Part shown: positions 25,081 through 32,000 of the stretch, in pieces
Layout: the number at the start of each line of letters is the position of its first letter
Numbering within the stretch: the first letter of the stretch is position 1
Source of the DNA: Candidatus Poseidoniaceae archaeon
GTDB taxonomy: Archaea > Thermoplasmatota > Poseidoniia > Poseidoniales > Poseidoniaceae
Reading direction: 5' to 3'
DNA: 32,000 nucleotides
Assembly: GCA_943789275.1 (NCBI GenBank)
Contig: CALSTM010000001.1
Coordinates: forward strand, 570,001 to 602,000
The notes under the pieces: generated by a model
The model's database searches: none
What the model saw: only the letters and a program-made list of their open reading frames with translations
Told to the model about the DNA's origin: nothing
Program-made: the position numbers and the translations under genes

Positions 25081-25470
25081 ATGTCGCGCCTGTTACCGTT
25101 GTTGATGATTGTCTTACTTTCAGGATGTATATCCGATGCCACGATGTGGGAAAGAGTCGGTGTTGGTGCATTTGACGATGCCCTTGAGGACAACCCCGAT
25201 GGATTCCTTCTCGACGTGCGAACGCAAGCCGAATGGGAACAAGACGGGCATCTTGAAAATGCCACTCTCATTCCACACACTGAACTTGAAAGTCGAGAAA
25301 GTGAACTTCCAAGTGACAAAGATGCACTCATACTGCTTTACTGCCGAAGCGGAAACCGCTCGCAAGACGCAGCACAAACCCTCCTCGACATGGGGTTCAC
25401 GAATTTGCTGGAACTTGAAACTGGAATCAACGGTTGGAAAGATGCAGGTATGCCTGTCGTTTATCCCTGA
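25081..25470 (+). CDS. Rhodanese-domain lipoprotein
   Basis: MSRLLPLLMIVLLSGC is a signal peptide with a lipobox-like LSGC. FLLDVRTQAEWEQDGHLENATLIP ... LLYCRSGNRSQDAAQTLLDMGF is a rhodanese fold with the active-site loop CRSGNRS. Confidence 0.8.
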   Translation: MSRLLPLLMIVLLSGCISDATMWERVGVGAFDDALEDNPDGFLLDVRTQAEWEQDGHLENATLIPHTELESRESELPSDKDALILLYCRSGNRSQDAAQTLLDMGFTNLLELETGINGWKDAGMPVVYP

Positions 25471-25479
25471 GGTGGAGAT

Positions 25480-25803
25480 GTGTTCAAATTCCTAGCAAAC
25501 CTCTTCGGAAAGAATGGTCCGTCAATCGGCGAGTTACTCAGCCAAGGCGCCTACATTGTTGATGTTCGTTCATCAAAGGAGTTCAAGGACGCTCACGGTA
25601 AAGATTCAACCAACATCCCTCTGGATTCAATCCAATCCAAAATTTCAACCCTCAGAAAGCAAAAGAAGCCAATCGTCACCTGCTGTATGAGCGGAATGCG
25701 TTCCGGACGTGCAGTCAAAATACTTCGAAAAGCGGGGATTGAAGCCCACAACGGCGGATCATGGCAGTCGGTAGAAAAAGCACTCACTTCAAAAACCGAG
25801 TGA
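25480..25803 (+). CDS. Single-domain rhodanese (sulfurtransferase-like)
   Basis: GTG start 9 nt after the previous stop, preceded by GGTGGAG (25471..25477, Shine-Dalgarno-like). AYIVDVRSSKEFKDAHGKDSTNIPL ... IVTCCMSGMRSGRAVKILRKAGIEAHNGGSW has the active-site loop CMSGMRS. Confidence 0.8.
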   Translation: MFKFLANLFGKNGPSIGELLSQGAYIVDVRSSKEFKDAHGKDSTNIPLDSIQSKISTLRKQKKPIVTCCMSGMRSGRAVKILRKAGIEAHNGGSWQSVEKALTSKTE

Positions 25804-25810
25804 AGATGAA

Positions 25811-26791
25811 GTGATACACTTTAGGCATCTCGAATCATTTAACGGGTTAATGATGATAAGAGAGGTCCATGACAGGCGGAATATGGAAGGGGACAACTCT
25901 GATGTTCAACAAGCTCGAATCCCTGAACGAGCTCCCCTCATGGCTTGGCTCATTTCATGCATAATTCTCACCTTTTGGAACCTTGCAAGAGGGTTGGACC
26001 TATGGGCAGGATACAATTTTGGAGGCGTTGTCATGGCTCTTATCGCCATTGCAATTCTCTGGAGTGGCCGGGTGAGAATCCCTGCTCTACCGTTATGGAT
26101 TGCATATTCAGCAACGATGTTGCACTTTATTGGCGGATCATTAGGTGCTGCTGACAGTGGTCCAGGACCGTTTTGCTTTGATGGAATGCAGCCCGGTGAA
26201 TGGCTGTGTGCAGATGGTGTGAATGGAATGTACCATGTTCACCCTTGGTGGGACAAGCTTGTCCACGGTATGAACAGCACAGCCATTGCGATTGCGTGGT
26301 CTCTCGGTTGGAGAAGAATGTCAGAACACAACGGTTGGCAACTGTCACCCCGAGTTGTGGCGTTCACTGCATTTTCACTCGGCGTAGCGATTGGAGTTGC
26401 CTATGAAGTGTACGAGTTCTTTGGCAAGACCATGTTCCAGACAATCGACCAAGGCGGATACGTGAACACCGCCACTGATTTGGTAAGCGACATGTTGGGT
26501 GCTGGGCTGGGTGTTCTCTTTGCTCACTTCTATGACCCAATGAACAAAACTTCCAACTCCAGTGGTGAGATTGAACCCCCACCTCAAGTCACACTCACAC
26601 TTATTGCCTCATTCCCACTTCTCCTGATTGGTACAATACTTTCTTTGGACATGTTGATTTTGAACGGTGGAATGGTCGACTCAGACTACGACTTCATTGG
26701 ACAACTGATGCTTGGCTCAATCTTCGTTTCAGTTTTCTTGGTTGCCGGTCGACTTTTCCAACAATCGCAGTCGAACAAAAGCAAGGCGTGA
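25811..26791 (+). CDS. Integral membrane protein (possibly DUF2238/YjdF-like)
   Basis: It has multiple hydrophobic helices. HPWWDKLVHGMNS ... GVAYEVYEFFG ... QGGYVNTATDLVSDMLGAGLG resembles, from memory only, the DUF2238 pattern (D..H...YE..E...D...D...G). The start is uncertain: GTG 25811, or ATG 25850, 25883 or 25940. Confidence 0.6.
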   Translation: MIHFRHLESFNGLMMIREVHDRRNMEGDNSDVQQARIPERAPLMAWLISCIILTFWNLARGLDLWAGYNFGGVVMALIAIAILWSGRVRIPALPLWIAYSATMLHFIGGSLGAADSGPGPFCFDGMQPGEWLCADGVNGMYHVHPWWDKLVHGMNSTAIAIAWSLGWRRMSEHNGWQLSPRVVAFTAFSLGVAIGVAYEVYEFFGKTMFQTIDQGGYVNTATDLVSDMLGAGLGVLFAHFYDPMNKTSNSSGEIEPPPQVTLTLIASFPLLLIGTILSLDMLILNGGMVDSDYDFIGQLMLGSIFVSVFLVAGRLFQQSQSNKSKA

Positions 26792-26814
26792 AGAAGAGCA
26801 GTTCGAACAGAGGT

Positions 26815-27240
26815 TCAACAGCATCCAGTATCTCGAACCGGAGCAGATACAAAAGAAACTTTGTCGACGTTCAAAATATTCTGCAGCTCCTCGATCGTTT
26901 CACGGAACTGCTCCGCATTACCAATAGCATGCAAGACATCAACGCATGTATGGCTGTGGGGTAAGCAGCTGTGACTGTAAGAGGTAACGTTGAGGCTGTG
27001 AGAATGGCGGATTTCCAACAACTTATGCTCAATACCGTGCTGATAGTAAATAACAAGATGACCTTCCACCATCTCATCTTTTTCCATGTCGGCGAGTTCA
27101 CCTCGTTGTTGAATTTCTCCGAACTTCAGTGCTGCATCACGTAAAAATTTGCTCCGGTTCTGGTAACCCGATTTGGCTATCAAGTCATCAAGACCGTCTG
27201 CAAAAGTGCTGTCGACGCTAAAGGAAATGATCTGTCCCAT
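26815..27240 (-). CDS. nikR: NikR-family (ribbon-helix-helix + metal-binding ACT-like domain) transcriptional regulator
   Basis: From ATG 27240, MGQIISFSVDSTFADGLDDLIAKSGYQNRSKFLRDAALKF is a CopG/RHH N-terminus. The C-terminal domain is His/Cys-rich: LVIYYQHGIEHKLLEIRHSHSLNVTSYSHSCLPHSHTCVDVLHAIGNAEQF. The protein ends in GCC. The track extension to TTG 27312 translates an AT-rich, promoter-like stretch. Confidence 0.7.
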   Translation of the reverse strand: MGQIISFSVDSTFADGLDDLIAKSGYQNRSKFLRDAALKFGEIQQRGELADMEKDEMVEGHLVIYYQHGIEHKLLEIRHSHSLNVTSYSHSCLPHSHTCVDVLHAIGNAEQFRETIEELQNILNVDKVSFVSAPVRDTGCC

Positions 27241-27403
27241 GCCAAAAATGAGGGGCCGACCCCTAATAATAATTCCCAATAGAAGAATAATAATGAACAA
27301 AGAGTGTTCCAACTATGCCAAAATCCGTTTCTGTTTCGCCGTCATCTCAAACGACTGAGTCCTTGTGTTGCGTATTTTGTCAAATCGATGTACCAAAAAG
27401 AGC

Positions 27404-27409
27404 ATATAA
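27404..27409 (+). promoter_or_regulatory. TATA-like box (ATATAA) upstream of the 27431 ATG
   Basis: gagcATATAAggattcaagaaattaaaatttATG places the box 22-27 nt upstream of the start codon. Confidence 0.3.
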
Positions 27410-27430
27410 GGATTCAAGAAATTAAAATTT

Positions 27431-30007
27431 ATGTGGACTGATGAACAACTCACCGAACAGGGATGGACAAGTGAGCAAATTGCAACCTATCGTTCTGAAG
27501 AAGCGGCGCAAGCAGTAACCGAAGCAACAGACCAAACTATATCGGATTCGATTCGAACTGAATCGGCGCACACAGAAAAGATACTTCCGGCGCTGGATGA
27601 GCCGTTTGAAACACCGGTGAAAACCGCTCCACAGATGTTGACCCAATCCTCAATTTCCGCCATAATGCTGGTTACTCTGCTGGTTTTAGTGCCGTTTTCT
27701 CTCTATTCCATATCCAATGCAGAAGGTAAACAAGGAGCATCGGGTGAAAGTGGCATTGCGGGCACAAACGGAACCGATGGTTCGAGTTTCCATCTGGTAT
27801 CCACTTCCGATGCACTACCATTTTGCGATGGAGGCATCAACAATCAAATCTTTTTCATTGCCACAGAGTCGGCATTCCAAGTCTGCCAAAACAACGCATG
27901 GACCTACATTGACCTCACTGGACAGGGTGGCCTCAACGGTGCCAACGGGACAGACGGCCTCAACGGTGTAAACGGAACAGATGGTGCTGACGGAGCCAAT
28001 GGACAGAACGGAGCAGATGGGCAAAACGGAGCAGATGGGGAGAACGGAGCAGATGGTGCGACTGGAAACAACGGCCTCACCTCCCTCATTGTCACTCGTA
28101 ATGAACCCAGTGGAGTGAATTGTCCGAATGGAGGAACGATTGTGGAAACGGGTGTTGACGACAACAGAGACAATGCCTTATCGAACAACGAGGTTGATTC
28201 CATTGTCTTTGTTTGCAAGGGCGAAAACGGTCAAGACGGAGCAGATGGTGCTGATGGAGCGGACGGAGCAAATGGAAGTTCGACCGGGACCATGATGGCA
28301 GCACGACTGTCAGCCGCTCCAGTGAGCATGGGGTGCAACGGAACAGGAGAACTACTCGAGCAAGGCATGGACAACGGTCGAAACGGTGGCATCGCTCAAA
28401 ACGGAATTCTTGAATCTGGAGAAGTGTTGTTTCGTACACTCATTTGTTCCTTCTTTGATGTGCAAATGGTCGAAGACATGAACAGCGGCAGCAGCAGTAA
28501 TCCATCCAACTTCGCTGCCATCAACTCAACCATGTACTTCACGGCCAACAACGGCAGTGCAAACGGAATTTGGGCCTATGAAAACGGTAACATTTCATTG
28601 GTGTATTCAGGGAGTGTTCTCTCGTTGCATGCGATTGGTCCACAATTGATGTTCGCAGGACAAGATTCGAGCCTTAACGTCAAACCGTATGTCTTTGAGC
28701 CATCGAACGGTACAGCATGGCAAATTGGGGAGATTTTCCCCGGAGGCTCGAGTTATCCTGGCGATTTCACGCTTATCAACACGACTGTATTCTTTAGTGC
28801 TCGAGACAGTGCTGGTTCAACGGGCACTGGATTGTTTGACCTTTGGGCCTATGAGACGCTTAATTTCAGCATGTGGAAAGTCGAAGCAGACATCCAACCT
28901 TCGTCGCTGATTGCCGTCAATTCGGACCTCTATTTCGCAGCTCAACCAGCGATTGGAGTGACTGGAATCGAATTGTGGAAGCACGACACAAACACAAATA
29001 CCACCTTCATGGTGAACGATATCAATCCCGGACCTCTCTCTTCGAGCCCGGAACATCTTGTTGCGATGGGAACAACGATCTACATGTCTGCCAACGCTGG
29101 CTCGACCCACGGAACTGAGTTGTATGCTTATGAGACGACCAATAATTCGGCCTGGCTTGCAGCTGATATTCGCACAGGGTCTGCCGGTAGTTCGCCCAAT
29201 GAACTCGTGATTTTCGGCACCCGAGTCTACTTGCAAGCCACCTCGGGCACTCACTTTGAATTGTGGGCATATGAATCAACCAACGGTTCCTCATGGCCGG
29301 TTACGAACTTCCAATCGAGTTCCAGTTTTGGGGCTCCAAGTGGTTTCACGGAGTTCGATGGTAAACTGTACTTCAAAGCGGACGATGGAAATGGTGCTGA
29401 GCTGTGGGCAACAAGCCCAACGAACAACACGGTCTGGTTGGCTCAAGACATAAATCCTGCAGGCGCAAGTACCCCCTCAGATCTCCATGTGTTCGCAGGA
29501 GCGATGTTCTTTTCTGCTGATGACGGAACCAATGGCCGTGAACTTTGGTCAGTAAGTGCTTTTCTCCCAAAACATCTCATTTGTTTAACGAAAAGTGCAT
29601 CTTTCGACGAATGCCTCATGCACAAATCAACCGTGAAATCAAATACTGTTTTGAAACAGTTTGAATCGGGGATGAACACTATGGCTGAATGTGACCCAGT
29701 TTTTTCACAAGTAGACAAACTACTCAACTTACTCAATAAATCCAAACTCTTGCACATATTGATGGTTCTTGACCACAAGAACATGCCCCTGCACTTCACA
29801 GACATCAAAAAAAGAGTCAACTCATCTTCGACGACGGTGACTCGGCGTTTGAAAGAACTCGAGGAAAACGGCCTCGTTGACCGTACGGTCCATTCGACTG
29901 TGCCAATCACGGTAAAGTACTCGCTCACTCCGAATGCAAAGTTACTCGCACCCAGCATCCAATCCATGTACGACTGGATTGACGAACAAGAGATTCAATT
30001 TGCTTAA
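27431..30007 (+). CDS. N-terminally anchored surface protein (collagen-like G-x-y tracts, Cys-bracketed modules, ELW-type repeats); ORF continues in frame into an HxlR-type domain
   Basis: ATG start. A TM helix is at residues 73-93 (SSISAIMLVTLLVLVPFSLYS). Three G-x-y tracts occur (e.g. GLNGANGTDGLNGVNGTDGADGANGQNGADGQNGADGENGADGATGNNG). Seven ELW/ELY-type repeats follow, the last five about 47 aa apart. No stop codon occurs before the C-terminal HxlR-like 111 residues (see next feature and findings). Confidence 0.7.
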   Translation: MWTDEQLTEQGWTSEQIATYRSEEAAQAVTEATDQTISDSIRTESAHTEKILPALDEPFETPVKTAPQMLTQSSISAIMLVTLLVLVPFSLYSISNAEGKQGASGESGIAGTNGTDGSSFHLVSTSDALPFCDGGINNQIFFIATESAFQVCQNNAWTYIDLTGQGGLNGANGTDGLNGVNGTDGADGANGQNGADGQNGADGENGADGATGNNGLTSLIVTRNEPSGVNCPNGGTIVETGVDDNRDNALSNNEVDSIVFVCKGENGQDGADGADGADGANGSSTGTMMAARLSAAPVSMGCNGTGELLEQGMDNGRNGGIAQNGILESGEVLFRTLICSFFDVQMVEDMNSGSSSNPSNFAAINSTMYFTANNGSANGIWAYENGNISLVYSGSVLSLHAIGPQLMFAGQDSSLNVKPYVFEPSNGTAWQIGEIFPGGSSYPGDFTLINTTVFFSARDSAGSTGTGLFDLWAYETLNFSMWKVEADIQPSSLIAVNSDLYFAAQPAIGVTGIELWKHDTNTNTTFMVNDINPGPLSSSPEHLVAMGTTIYMSANAGSTHGTELYAYETTNNSAWLAADIRTGSAGSSPNELVIFGTRVYLQATSGTHFELWAYESTNGSSWPVTNFQSSSSFGAPSGFTEFDGKLYFKADDGNGAELWATSPTNNTVWLAQDINPAGASTPSDLHVFAGAMFFSADDGTNGRELWSVSAFLPKHLICLTKSASFDECLMHKSTVKSNTVLKQFESGMNTMAECDPVFSQVDKLLNLLNKSKLLHILMVLDHKNMPLHFTDIKKRVNSSSTTVTRRLKELEENGLVDRTVHSTVPITVKYSLTPNAKLLAPSIQSMYDWIDEQEIQFA
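27920..28075 (+). repeat. Coding tandem repeat (9/18-nt periodicity) encoding a collagen-like G-x-y tract
   Basis: ggcctcaacggtgccaacgggacagac ggcctcaacggtgtaaacggaacagat ... aacggagcagatgggcaaaacggagcagatggggagaacggagcagatggt. Shorter tracts lie at 27725..27781 and 28220..28276. Confidence 0.85.
29672..30007 (+). CDS. HxlR-family winged-helix transcriptional regulator (nested in frame in the 27431..30007 ORF)
   Basis: MNTMAECDPVFSQVDKLLNLLNKSKLLHILMVLDHKNMPLHFTDIKKRVNSSSTTVTRRLKELEENGLVDRTVHSTVPITVKYSLTPNAKLLAPSIQSMYDWI follows the HxlR pattern (C-P-V...L.L...KW...IL..L....RF.EL......IS...L...LK.LE..GLV.R.......VEY.LT..G..L). Its size is that of a stand-alone HxlR protein. An alternative in-frame ATG is at 29618. 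Confidence 0.6.
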   Translation: MNTMAECDPVFSQVDKLLNLLNKSKLLHILMVLDHKNMPLHFTDIKKRVNSSSTTVTRRLKELEENGLVDRTVHSTVPITVKYSLTPNAKLLAPSIQSMYDWIDEQEIQFA

Positions 30008-30044
30008 AGTGAAACCACTGTATACAGGGCCATAAGTTCATTTC

Positions 30045-31247
30045 ATGTATCACAGACGGGGAACTGTGCCCATCGATTCAGCAGAAGCCTTGAGGAGAGC
30101 GACTTTGGTACGCAGCGACCCATCGCTCAGCGGTGTGTCGCGTGAAAACATTTCTTTGAAAGAGGGAATATTTGAATGGCAATATCGAACACCTGACGGA
30201 ATGCAAGTCGAGGATGAAGACCTCATTCTGCGATGGAATGCTCTTGGCCTACCACCTGCATGGAGCGAAGTATGGATTTGTCCAAATGCGAGGGGGCATA
30301 TCCAAGCGACTGGCTTCGACTCAAAAGGGCGTTTGCAATACCGATACCACCCTGAATGGACCGATATCACAACAGAAATGAAGTACGACGATGTGGTTTA
30401 TTTCGCCTCACAATTGCCTCGGCTGCGCAAGCAAGTGGAACGTGACCTTGAGGAAAGTTCGATGCAACTCCACACTGTTTCTGCCCTTGTCGTTCGTCTT
30501 ATCGACTTGTATAACATTCGTGTGGGGAGTGATGAGTATGCAAAAGCAAACAACTCCTATGGATTGACGACACTCAAATCAATGCATGTCAAACACATCA
30601 GGGGTGACGATGCTGAAGGACGACATGATGCAGTGTTTACGTTCACTGGAAAATCCGACAAAAACTGGGAGATTACCATTGAAGATGACCATCTTGTGGA
30701 CCTTATCTTGCGCACCAACCGTTTAGGCGTAAAGAATGCAGACTTGTTCATGTACATCTCCGAGGCGGGGAATGAAGTTGATTTGAAAGCTGAACACATC
30801 AATCAGTACATCCGTGCGAGCAGTGGTGAAGGTTTCACGGCCAAGAATTTCCGAACATGGGGAGCAACCTACCGTTGTGCTGAGCGATTGGCATTTCTCG
30901 CCCAACCCCAGAAAGCCAAAGACATGAAACATTGGCTTCGGAAATTTCCCGATGTCGAATCGATCAACAAAATTTGGACAGATGGTGATTGGGCCGTACC
31001 AACAACTCAATTTGAACGAAACAAAACGATGTTGGCTGTTATTGATACGGTTGCAGCAGACCTTGGCAACACCCGTCCAGTGTGCCGTTCGTCGTACATT
31101 CACCCGTGGTTCCTCAATTCATGGATGGAGGGACGCCTTCTTGAAGCCTGGAACCAGGTCGCAAGTATGCGAAGAATATCAGGACTCTCAGCCGGTGAAA
31201 GCGCAACTCTGCGAGTTCTCAAAAACCTAAGAAAAAACATTCAGTAA
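30045..31247 (+). CDS. DNA topoisomerase IB (bacterial/poxvirus-type)
   Basis: LGLPPAWSEVWICPNARGHIQATGFDSKGRLQYRYHPEW, SYGLTTLKSMHV, FTGKSDK, FTAKNFRTWGAT and CRSSYIHPWF (catalytic Tyr context) match the short type IB topoisomerase family. ATG start, 37 nt after the HxlR stop. Confidence 0.85.
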   Translation: MYHRRGTVPIDSAEALRRATLVRSDPSLSGVSRENISLKEGIFEWQYRTPDGMQVEDEDLILRWNALGLPPAWSEVWICPNARGHIQATGFDSKGRLQYRYHPEWTDITTEMKYDDVVYFASQLPRLRKQVERDLEESSMQLHTVSALVVRLIDLYNIRVGSDEYAKANNSYGLTTLKSMHVKHIRGDDAEGRHDAVFTFTGKSDKNWEITIEDDHLVDLILRTNRLGVKNADLFMYISEAGNEVDLKAEHINQYIRASSGEGFTAKNFRTWGATYRCAERLAFLAQPQKAKDMKHWLRKFPDVESINKIWTDGDWAVPTTQFERNKTMLAVIDTVAADLGNTRPVCRSSYIHPWFLNSWMEGRLLEAWNQVASMRRISGLSAGESATLRVLKNLRKNIQ

Positions 31248-31295
31248 TCGAGAAGCCCTTGTTTTCCATAGGTCGTTCAATCAAACAATCGAGCG

Positions 31296-31976
31296 TTATT
31301 GCGCCCAATTTGTCCAGTCGTCAACGGAATGCTTCCGGTAAAACCACCTTCCACTACCGGCCGGATATTCAAGGTATTCCATTCCGTCTGTTTCATTGAT
31401 TTGACCTTGCATTTCGACCAAAGGCTGAGTGCCGAGAACTTGAGCGAGAGCATCGTTGGTCTTATCTGACTCATCACTCGCCTCGAAACGCATCAACGCA
31501 TCTTGAGACAAATATTCTGTTCGTTCTTTGGTATTGAGTGATCCACTAAGGCCAAAGTAAGCGTCGTTGTGTGCGATGTGGCTTAATTCAGGTGCTTGCA
31601 TGCTCAGCAAGTCCAAAATGAGGGTGTTTATTTTCTCAAGGGTAATTTTCTTGACTTCACTGTTCGTGTATCGGGCAGTGAGTTCTGACTTCAGTTGATA
31701 CAACTCATCATGCAAAACTCCTACATCTTGATAATAAGTTTGAACCAATGATTTGAGGTACTCCAACTCCCGAATTTCCTCCTTGTTGAGTTTTGAATCC
31801 TTTCGAAACACACGAAGCCATCGAACGGATTCAGGGAGAAAAGCTGCAACAAGGTTGGTCTGTAAGAAACCGAACAACGCCAATATGATTGCTCCAAAAC
31901 CGACCGTTTGCATCACTGCGCCTTGGTTTCCGGAACTCAGCGATTCAAAGAAACTCGAGCCCTCGTCGTTTTCCAC
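31296..31976 (-). CDS. Hypothetical membrane-anchored protein (may extend beyond window end)
   Basis: The track start at 31976 is GTG. The frame stays open upstream to base 32000, so the true start may lie outside the window or at Met22. One hydrophobic helix (VGFGAIILALFGFLQTNLVAAF) is followed by a coiled-coil-like region. The C-terminus is EYPAGSGRWFYRKHSVDDWTNW. Confidence 0.5.
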   Translation of the reverse strand: MENDEGSSFFESLSSGNQGAVMQTVGFGAIILALFGFLQTNLVAAFLPESVRWLRVFRKDSKLNKEEIRELEYLKSLVQTYYQDVGVLHDELYQLKSELTARYTNSEVKKITLEKINTLILDLLSMQAPELSHIAHNDAYFGLSGSLNTKERTEYLSQDALMRFEASDESDKTNDALAQVLGTQPLVEMQGQINETDGMEYLEYPAGSGRWFYRKHSVDDWTNWAQ

Positions 31977-32000
31977 AGCGCAGCCGTTGATGTTAACAGA

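Noticed and set aside
25109-25495. 128-aa alternate-frame ORF overlapping the first rhodanese gene
   Set aside because: The rhodanese frame has a signal peptide, a lipobox and the active-site loop. The alternate frame has no features.
27241-27312. Hydrophobic 24-aa N-terminal extension (MEHSLFIIILLLGIIIRGRPLIFG) of the NikR-like ORF
   Set aside because: It starts at TTG and translates an AT-rich repeat (attattatt) plus a GC hairpin that look like promoter or leader sequence. The RHH domain begins right at the ATG at 27240.
27920-28276. Short tandem DNA repeats considered as a possible CRISPR or other non-coding array
   Set aside because: The period is 9/18 nt with no spacers. The repeats are in frame and encode G-x-y collagen-like tracts inside a long ORF. 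No cas genes are in the window.

Overview
This looks like an archaeal chromosomal segment. Hand counts on a few 60-nt lines give about 48-50% GC. Archaeal identity rests on aIF-5A with the hypusine-site motif, SRP54, TrmY, a tRNA-Gln with no encoded CCA, and TATA-like boxes 22-30 nt upstream of several ATGs (leaderless geometry). The gene content (OPT peptide transporter, acyl-CoA and 3-hydroxyacyl-CoA dehydrogenases, very acidic proteins, a collagen-like/ELW-repeat surface protein) resembles marine planktonic Euryarchaeota (MGII/Poseidoniales-like), but that is inference only. I call 34 protein-coding genes and one tRNA. One gene is a 59-aa zinc-ribbon CDS below the ORF-track length cutoff, and one is an HxlR-type regulator nested in frame inside a larger ORF. 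I found no rRNA, CRISPR array, transposase, integrase, prophage or recognisable known defence system. Bases 1-18.3 kb are mostly housekeeping, transport and metabolism, with 11 consecutive minus-strand genes from 14.1 kb down to 3.6 kb. Bases 18.4-31.3 kb look more accessory. They hold a run of domain-less genes next to a SelO-family gene, a large AAA+ protein with an orphan low-GC N-terminal region, a two-rhodanese operon, a NikR-like regulator, the mosaic surface protein whose ORF reads without a stop into the HxlR regulator, and a bacterial/poxvirus-type topoisomerase IB. None of these can be shown to be a new system from sequence alone. The strongest leads are the surface-protein/HxlR in-frame read-through, the orphan-domain AAA+ protein, the SelO-adjacent cluster, and a minimal LDL-receptor-class-A-like motif. 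The ORF track translates GTG/TTG starts as M, so several of its starts are probably too far upstream. I note preferred ATG starts where the sequence supports them.
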